A stretch of DNA of 14,606 bases, from positions 1 through 14,606 of the forward strand of contig JBDRWI010000058.1 in assembly GCA_039802265.1 (NCBI GenBank). Direction: 5' to 3'. The DNA is from a candidate division WOR-3 bacterium (GTDB lineage Bacteria > Hydrothermota > Tepidihabitantia > SM23-42 > JAOAFX01). Position numbers and translations under genes: made by a program. Below, in pieces: positions 8,470 to 14,606 of the stretch (within the stretch, counting starts at the first letter, position 1; each line of letters begins with the position of its first letter). Under the pieces are notes generated by a model, which saw nothing but the letters and a program-made list of their open reading frames with translations, had not been told where the DNA came from and did not search any database.

Positions 8470-8486
8470 TGCAAAATTTGTGCCAA
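8470..8486 (-). promoter_or_regulatory. sigma54 (-24/-12) promoter of paralog B
   Basis: Minus strand TTGGCACAAATTTTGCA matches TGGCAC-N5-TTGCW. Predicted +1 is ~8459, just upstream of the AGGAGG RBS and ATG 8444. Confidence 0.8.
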
Positions 8487-8545
8487 CCTTCATACTTAAA
8501 ACTTATGAAAAATCAAACAATTTTACTATTTAATTTAATCCATCT

Positions 8546-8580
8546 TTATACTTTAAGATAAATTTTGCATAAAAGTATAA
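8546..8580. promoter_or_regulatory. Palindromic upstream element TTATACTTT-N17-AAAGTATAA (candidate enhancer-binding-protein site)
   Basis: Perfect 9-bp inverted repeat centred ~104 bp upstream of the predicted sigma54 +1, conserved at 12126-12160. Confidence 0.6.
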
Positions 8581-8585
8581 CATAT

Positions 8586-8635
8586 ATCGGGACGCGCCCC
8601 TGATACCCATATTCTTCGCTACGCTCAGGATGACA
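8586..8635. repeat. REP-like remnants just after the paralog A stop codon
   Basis: ATTCTTCGCTACGCTCAGGATGACA (8611-8635) belongs to the 4733-4771 family. ATCGGGACGCGCCCCTGAT resembles the 5' hairpin of the composite REP. Confidence 0.65.
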
Positions 8636-8637
8636 TT

Positions 8638-11600
8638 TCATTTCAAATATATTATCTTTTCCACATCGCTCTTTTCTGGAGTTGTAAACTTGCAGAAGTA
8701 TATTCCCTGTGGAACATTTCTGCCATTGTCATCCGTGCCATCCCAAATAATAGAAGTAGCGAGTAGAGAGTAGCGAGTAGCGAGATCGAAGGATTTGACG
8801 AGTCTACCGGTTATATCATAGATTTTCAAGGAAGCATCGCGACCGGGGACATCCACAGAAGGCAGAAAGATTTCGGTCTTTTCGGTGAAGGGGTTGGGAT
8901 GAACTGTTAATTTCGGATTTCGGATTTGGGATTTGGGATTTACTGCAGTTTCTTCAATTCCAATTATCTGTACTTTGTTCGGCACTTTGTTTGAGGTTAA
9001 ACCGTCGTCATCCCAATAATAATATTGGGTTATTGCCGTATCTTCCCCGAGTGGATTGAAAATCGGAAAGGCATTGATGATTTTATTTGTATTCTCCTCA
9101 GTCATCAGGACCACTAACTTGAATGGATTACCTGCGGTGTACGCCATTGTATCAAACCGAATATAAAGTTCAGTATACAAATAGTTGTTTACAACATTAT
9201 CTTCTACAACATATGTTCCTCCGGAATTAATTGAAACCCAGGAACCACGACCATCCTTTGCAGACCATTTTTTGTAGTCTCTAATCGTTGCATTTTCAAC
9301 AATCAGACAGTAATCAGGGGCAAATGTCCCTATCTGGGCTTTAAATGATGATCTACCAGATGACCCATTATATGGCACCGTGCTATCCGCCCCACCTGGT
9401 TTAGTATCAACATAGATAAACAGGTCACCTTCAGTATTAAAGTTACATCGGGCAAAACCTACTTCAAAGGTAGTGGTGTTCCAGGTCACGAATAGTGAGT
9501 CATAATCAGTTCCGGTGTCATTTATTCTTCGGCGATTCATATATTCATACCGATTTGAAAAATCCTTTACATAGTTCTGGCCAAAGGTAATCGTATGGGG
9601 TGTAACTGAATCACCACTAACAATTGCCATCGGCTCATCGCCCAAAGCATTCCATAACCCTGATTCATCACTTACCTTTAAGGCAAATACAAGTGTATCC
9701 ATCGGTGGTAAGCCGTATAAATTTTGTGTTACCAATGCCCCCACCGCGCTATCTGCGGTATTCCAAGTTTGGTAGTATGTTTCCGAAGAATCTTCAAAGG
9801 CAGTTTCTGATGTAATCTTCTGACAATTTCTTCTAAATTTCAATTTGTAAGAACCTTCAGCAGACTCACCGGGCTTGTCATCAGAGACAACCTTCCAGGT
9901 AATTGTTACCCTTCCTTCAGATGACCCAGTGGCTGCAGTTAGTGTTGTTATCGGTTCAGGCTGGCAATTCAATCCTAAATAGCCAAGACATCTACGATAG
10001 AATTCAGCATAAGTGTGAGGATGCGTTGTGCTTTTGATACCACTCAAAGGAAATGTAGTATAAATCTTGAAACTGTCCTGGGTAGGTCTACCACCCTTCC
10101 AGTAATTACCCCAGCCAATCGCTCGACCAGCCCACCACCTACCCGGAGCACCGCTTCCCTGCAAAATTAACTCATACCCTATTTTGGGACTGATTGAATC
10201 TACATAGTTATCCACCAGAGTTTTATAATCATACTTTAAAGTTTCATCTGCAAAAGAAGTTCCTGCAACACCATATAATGTATCAATATTCCCCAACTTG
10301 TAAGAAGCACCATCACCAAGGTAATTTGCTCCATATTTACTGTAGAGTGTTGTTCCATTATACATATACCCAAAGTCATTCCCTTCAACCATTGTGGGAT
10401 GTCTCGTGTTGATATAGTAAAGAAGTGCTGACTGCTCTTCATTGCTTATGGTACCAGCCGAAGATGCATCCGTTCTGTAACCCAGGTCAAGAAATACTGC
10501 ATCATAATCAGTCAATGCCTTTTCGCGCCGCCAGGGTATGGTATCCTCATTAAAGATGCGATACTGACCATTTGTATTCAGCTCCGCAAGCTGGTCAACA
10601 ATCGCTGAATCCAGGTCAAGATAAACTGAGTCGGGTTCATCAATCGGGTCTTCATTCCAGGTAGTACCGGGCAGGTCATAATTTTCATCATCAAAATACC
10701 AGGTTTTACGCCCACCGACAGTATCGCCTGCCGGTATTAACCGGATTGGACCGCTTGTTAATGGTATCATACCATCTGGATTATGCCAGTATGGCCGACA
10801 AAAGATATCATAATAGGTTCCGGGAATATTTTCTATCTCCTGGCTCATCCAGGTAACATAACAGGAATCCATATTCCTACATTCAACATCCGGACATCCC
10901 TGATAGAGGGTATCTTCGTTGATAACAAATTCGTTGTGAAAACCAGCACCTATCCAGGCGCGTCCATAAACATTATATCCAGTCCTTGCTTCCCTGTACT
11001 CCTCCCAGACAATAAAAAAGTCATTATTGGGAAAGACTGTTACTCTGGGATACCTTGCAGGATATGGAGATGTTGTCACTGCTAAAATAGGACCAAAACT
11101 AATACCTCCACCCTCTGGATACATCTGAAAAGTCCGACAGTATATATCAATGTTAGTTGGACTTGCCCAATAGTGCCAGACAATAACCCCAAACCCGCCC
11201 TGATTTACCGCCACCGCTGGATAGTCTTCATTGTATGCCCCGGAATTACTAATTAGTTCCCGCTCTTTTACCAAGTCTCCATTTCTCTTGCGATACTGCA
11301 TATATATTGAACGCTGAGTACCGCCTGCACTTGAATCATCATAAACAATTATAAATCCCGAATCACAATAGGCAACCCGGGTGATTGGAATATGGTGTTT
11401 GAGAGAATCAACGGGCCAGACTTCACTACCATTTAGGAAATTACCAGCCGAGTTATAACGACGCCAAATAAGTTTTGGATAATCCCCTGGATCAAAATTT
11501 GTGAATGTAACGACAAACTCGCCATTATCTCTACAGGAAACTGAAGGCCTTTTCTGAGAGCGAGAACCTGCATAAACCCTGAACGGTTGATTCGTGTATA

Positions 11601-11982
11601 TTCGTGCCCAGATCTCGGCTGGTCTTTCTTTACCGGGATGATAACTTGAATCTTCCCAGACGCAGACAAAATAATTGGTTGGGTTTCCTTCAATATCAGG
11701 GTAAGTTTGCTGATATTGACTGAAAGAATCAGTACTTAACATTGTATTGTATCCATACATACCACCATTCCAGTAAACACCCTGGCGGTAAACATCAAAA
11801 TCGCACCACCGGCTATCCTGCCAGCCAATATATGCACCCCAGGTCCTTACACCAACTGTGGGATACATCTGTGTTGTTTTCCCCCGGTCATTATCCCAGA
11901 GATATATTGAATCAACATCTATCTGTGCTACTAACAGCAAAGGGACAAAGGTTAGAATACAAAATAAAGTTTTCCTCATCAT
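8638..11982 (-). CDS. Secreted multidomain protein with T9SS/FlgD-type C-terminal sorting domain (paralog A, 1114 aa)
   Basis: Signal peptide MMRKTLFCILTFVPLLLVA. About seven ~55-65-aa repeats (P.V....G.F.VVW.D...IY.R; beta-propeller-like), a central alpha/beta domain, an FN3-like module (PEPITTL..W...SDD..Y..FALKVSDE), a beta-sandwich (LFVTW..GDLFIYVDT.PGG), and a C-terminal HPNPF..LKIYDITGRLVK..WDGTDDNGR.V..GIYF..K domain. Confidence 0.85.
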   Translation of the reverse strand: MMRKTLFCILTFVPLLLVAQIDVDSIYLWDNDRGKTTQMYPTVGVRTWGAYIGWQDSRWCDFDVYRQGVYWNGGMYGYNTMLSTDSFSQYQQTYPDIEGNPTNYFVCVWEDSSYHPGKERPAEIWARIYTNQPFRVYAGSRSQKRPSVSCRDNGEFVVTFTNFDPGDYPKLIWRRYNSAGNFLNGSEVWPVDSLKHHIPITRVAYCDSGFIIVYDDSSAGGTQRSIYMQYRKRNGDLVKERELISNSGAYNEDYPAVAVNQGGFGVIVWHYWASPTNIDIYCRTFQMYPEGGGISFGPILAVTTSPYPARYPRVTVFPNNDFFIVWEEYREARTGYNVYGRAWIGAGFHNEFVINEDTLYQGCPDVECRNMDSCYVTWMSQEIENIPGTYYDIFCRPYWHNPDGMIPLTSGPIRLIPAGDTVGGRKTWYFDDENYDLPGTTWNEDPIDEPDSVYLDLDSAIVDQLAELNTNGQYRIFNEDTIPWRREKALTDYDAVFLDLGYRTDASSAGTISNEEQSALLYYINTRHPTMVEGNDFGYMYNGTTLYSKYGANYLGDGASYKLGNIDTLYGVAGTSFADETLKYDYKTLVDNYVDSISPKIGYELILQGSGAPGRWWAGRAIGWGNYWKGGRPTQDSFKIYTTFPLSGIKSTTHPHTYAEFYRRCLGYLGLNCQPEPITTLTAATGSSEGRVTITWKVVSDDKPGESAEGSYKLKFRRNCQKITSETAFEDSSETYYQTWNTADSAVGALVTQNLYGLPPMDTLVFALKVSDESGLWNALGDEPMAIVSGDSVTPHTITFGQNYVKDFSNRYEYMNRRRINDTGTDYDSLFVTWNTTTFEVGFARCNFNTEGDLFIYVDTKPGGADSTVPYNGSSGRSSFKAQIGTFAPDYCLIVENATIRDYKKWSAKDGRGSWVSINSGGTYVVEDNVVNNYLYTELYIRFDTMAYTAGNPFKLVVLMTEENTNKIINAFPIFNPLGEDTAITQYYYWDDDGLTSNKVPNKVQIIGIEETAVNPKSQIRNPKLTVHPNPFTEKTEIFLPSVDVPGRDASLKIYDITGRLVKSFDLATRYSLLATSIIWDGTDDNGRNVPQGIYFCKFTTPEKSDVEKIIYLK
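8755..8784 (-). repeat. Heptamer tandem repeat (AGTAGCG)x4 with one variant unit, in the CTD of paralog A
   Basis: AGTAGCG AGTAGAG AGTAGCG AGTAGCG AG. Confidence 0.9.
8910..8941 (-). repeat. Heptamer tandem repeat (ATTTSGG)x4.5 in paralog A
   Basis: Identical to 5307-5338. Confidence 0.9.
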
Positions 11983-12050
11983 TTTTTACCCCCCTTTTAT
12001 TTGAACAAATGACTCGCTGTTCTTTTCGTTAATCATCGACTTTTTCTAAA

Positions 12051-12067
12051 TGCAAAATCTGTGCCTA
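12051..12067 (-). promoter_or_regulatory. sigma54 (-24/-12) promoter of paralog A
   Basis: Minus strand TAGGCACAGATTTTGCA keeps the GG-N10-GC spacing and sits in a block homologous to 8469-8516. Confidence 0.72.
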
Positions 12068-12125
12068 AATTTATACTTAAAACTTACGAAAAATCAACCT
12101 TATATTAAAATACAGAGGAAATAAC

Positions 12126-12160
12126 TTATACTTTTATATAAATATTACACAAAAATATAA
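12126..12160. promoter_or_regulatory. Second copy of the palindromic upstream element (TTATACTTT-N17-AAAATATAA)
   Basis: Same 35-bp length and, within 1 bp, the same distance to the -24 box as 8546-8580. Confidence 0.55.
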
Positions 12161-12346
12161 TTAAAATCCACCACTATAACTATGCACTACTCTCAAAGTT
12201 TTAACACATACTTTTTTCTAAGATCTACCAACCATTTATCTTCTAAAACTCAAACTCGTCTAAGACTTAAGTTTAGATTTATTCCAAATATTTTTGTTTC
12301 TTCTTTCTCACCTTTATTATTTCCTTCTCCCTAAGAAAAGCACCAT

Positions 12347-12374
12347 ATTATATACACATATTAATATATGTCAA
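12347..12374 (-). promoter_or_regulatory. sigma70-type promoter downstream of pbpC, pointing toward paralog A
   Basis: Minus strand TTGACA (12374-12369), 16 bp, TATAAT (12352-12347). The AT-rich context lowers specificity. Confidence 0.5.
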
Positions 12375-12401
12375 TAGTCAGATTAGGGATATTTTTTATC
12401 T

Positions 12402-14591
12402 TTAAAATACTGAAAATATGACGCTGTCAATATATGTTATTGTCTTCACTCTTCCATATAACTTAAGTTTGTATTGTCCTGGATTGGGTTGCCACAAAAA
12501 GTTAGGATTATTTTCGCACAATTTTTTGTCATTCAGATAAAGGGTGTATGAATCAAAAGTAGAATCGCACTTAACTTTAAAGGCAATCGCTTGATTCTTA
12601 TAAGGGATATGCGGGTCTAATTTGAAGATATCGCCATTTTGTGGATGGAGGATGCACAATCCACTACGATTGTTTCGGAAACAGTCAAGCCTCCTGTCCA
12701 AGGCAGTGTCAGATTCTACCCCAGCACAGTATTTACACGTATCTTCGGGCTCGGTTCCGGGAATAAAAACTTCTTCTATTAGCGCACAATTTTTTCCGGC
12801 AATTAAGCCCGTCTTTGCGCAGATTTTTAGATGCCTTAATGACTTTGGTCCATCAAAATCTTCTGGATATTCATTTCGGTGGAGTTCAATCATAATATCT
12901 CTAAAAAGTGGTGCAGCGCCAGAAATCCCTGATACTCCATTCATCGGTGAGCCATCAAAATTTCCAACCCATACCCCAACGGTATATTTTGTTGTGAAAC
13001 CTATGCACCAGTTATCCTTAAAATTTTTTGTAGTCCCTGTCTTTACTGCACAGGGAAATGGTAGATTTAAAGGTGAATCATCACCAAATGCTTTTATCCT
13101 GCTTGAGTTGTCCGACAGAACGTCAGTGATAATAAATGCTACATCTTCAGAAAAGACCCTCTCCCCTGGTTTATTTTTGTTACCTTTTATAAACTCAAAT
13201 TCGCTCCAGATTCCTTTATTGGCAATTGCCCGGTAGGCATTGGTAAGTTCAAGTAGTCTCACTTCTGCTGCCCCCAAAGAAAGAGAAAGTCCATAAAAAC
13301 TTGGCTGCTTTTTAATACTGGTAAAATGTAAATTATTCAGGAAGTTATAAAATTTTTCGACACCCAAAATTTCTAATAAGTGCACCGCGGGTATATTAAA
13401 TGAAGAACCGAGTGCCTCCCTTGCTCTTACATATCCATGATACTTATCACCATAATTCCTCGGTGCAAATAAAGTTCCATCTGGAAGTTTAAATTCAGTA
13501 ATAGTATCGTTTATTAAATAACTCATTGGAATCCCATTCGATAAAGCGAGGATATAAAGAAAGGGCTTCAAACTTGAACCAGGCTGGCGCAAGGCAAGAC
13601 AACCATTCACCTGCCCTTCCTTTTCATCAAAATAGTCTTTTGAACCGACCATGGCAATGACTTCTCCACTCCTTGTATCTATCACAACAATCGCCGCTTG
13701 ATGAACATTAAACTTAGTTAAATTTTTAACTGAGGTTGATACCATTTTTTCAAATTTTTCTTGAAGATTAACATCTATCGTTGAAGTAATGGTTGAATAA
13801 TTTCCTTTATCAATTTGCCCTAAAACAAAATCAACAAAGTGTGGTGCCCTGAAGATAAGGCTCTGTTCCTTAATCTGAACCGGTTCATTTATTGCCAATA
13901 AAAATCTGGTTGAATCTATTGCTCCAGTGCCCAAGAGTTGTTTTAAAATTTTTTCTTTTTCTTCTTTTATTTTCATAGTCTTATATGGATTCAGGATACT
14001 TGGTGCCTTGGGCAGGGATGCAAGAATACAGACCTCGGAGAGTGATAATTGACTTGCTGGTTTCTCAAAATAAATCCGTGATGCCGCTTCTATACCATAT
14101 GCCTGATTGCCATAAGGCGCACGATTAAGGTAAACTTCAAGGATTTCTTCCTTACTCAGGTGAAGTTCGATCTTTATTGCATAAACCATTTCAATGATTT
14201 TTGTTATTATGTTCCTCTTCCTATAATTTAGTATCATTTTTGCCACCTGCATAGTAATGGTAGAGCCACCGGAATAGGCCCGGCGGTGTTTAATATTTTG
14301 AATTAATGCCCTGAATAACGCAATTATATCTACACCCCGGTGCAGAAAGAATCTTTTATCTTCTCTTATTATTGTTGCCTTAATCATGTCGGGCGAAATT
14401 TCTCTTATACTCTTCCAGATGCTTGTCTTATAATCCTTCGACAACACATTTCTAAGTAAAATCCCGTTTCGGTCAGTAATCTTAAAAGAATTGAATTCAG
14501 GATATAGCAATTTTCTTTCCGGGGGGACAAGAAAAAAAATTAAAGTAGCAATAAAGATTGAAACAATTATCCAGTTTAAAATTCTCCTCAT
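12402..14591 (-). CDS. pbpC: Penicillin-binding protein 1C (bifunctional transglycosylase/transpeptidase)
   Basis: N-terminal TM helix; GT51 motifs EDKRF..H.GVD, GGSTITMQVAK and YLNRAPYG; transpeptidase motifs GSSLKPF (SxxK), SFN and KTGT; PBP1C-typical PRNY and C-terminal ILHPQNGD...WQPNPGQYKL domain. ATG at 14591 (the ORF track starts at TTG 14594). Confidence 0.92.
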   Translation of the reverse strand: MRRILNWIIVSIFIATLIFFLVPPERKLLYPEFNSFKITDRNGILLRNVLSKDYKTSIWKSIREISPDMIKATIIREDKRFFLHRGVDIIALFRALIQNIKHRRAYSGGSTITMQVAKMILNYRKRNIITKIIEMVYAIKIELHLSKEEILEVYLNRAPYGNQAYGIEAASRIYFEKPASQLSLSEVCILASLPKAPSILNPYKTMKIKEEKEKILKQLLGTGAIDSTRFLLAINEPVQIKEQSLIFRAPHFVDFVLGQIDKGNYSTITSTIDVNLQEKFEKMVSTSVKNLTKFNVHQAAIVVIDTRSGEVIAMVGSKDYFDEKEGQVNGCLALRQPGSSLKPFLYILALSNGIPMSYLINDTITEFKLPDGTLFAPRNYGDKYHGYVRAREALGSSFNIPAVHLLEILGVEKFYNFLNNLHFTSIKKQPSFYGLSLSLGAAEVRLLELTNAYRAIANKGIWSEFEFIKGNKNKPGERVFSEDVAFIITDVLSDNSSRIKAFGDDSPLNLPFPCAVKTGTTKNFKDNWCIGFTTKYTVGVWVGNFDGSPMNGVSGISGAAPLFRDIMIELHRNEYPEDFDGPKSLRHLKICAKTGLIAGKNCALIEEVFIPGTEPEDTCKYCAGVESDTALDRRLDCFRNNRSGLCILHPQNGDIFKLDPHIPYKNQAIAFKVKCDSTFDSYTLYLNDKKLCENNPNFLWQPNPGQYKLKLYGRVKTITYIDSVIFSVF

Positions 14592-14606
14592 CAAAAAATT
14601 TTATCT

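Noticed and set aside
8445..8486. N-terminal extension MAQILHKIRVKEVT of the 741-aa ORF
   Set aside because: The TTG start lies in the sigma54 -24 box. ATG 8444 has an AGGAGG RBS and matches the paralog A signal peptide.
5146..8942. Diversity-generating retroelement TR/VR pair
   Set aside because: Only two mismatches, not consistently at adenines of one copy. Both copies are coding and there is no reverse transcriptase in the window.
6497..13236. Short ORFs overlapping the paralogs and pbpC, including 12622..13236 (204 aa)
   Set aside because: They are antisense or frame shadows of well-supported genes with no independent signals.

Overview
Low-GC bacterial window. The T9SS/FlgD-type C-termini and repeat types suggest candidate phylum WOR-3 or a related FCB-group lineage (inference only). 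Left to right it holds: (1) a 1265-aa class III adenylate cyclase-STAND ATPase-TPR gene on the + strand, carrying an in-frame palindromic repeat; (2) a ~900-bp intergenic cluster of REP-like hairpins around a broken GIY-YIG nuclease gene; (3) two tandem paralogous ~1100-aa secreted multidomain proteins on the - strand, the downstream one split by a 2-bp frameshift; (4) pbpC (PBP1C). The most notable unannotated signals are a duplicated sigma-54 promoter with a positionally conserved 35-bp palindromic upstream element in front of each paralog, and a 194-bp tract 99% identical between the otherwise diverged paralogs. That tract is bracketed by two in-frame heptamer repeat arrays in the C-terminal sorting domain, which suggests a homogenised or swappable secretion-tag cassette.
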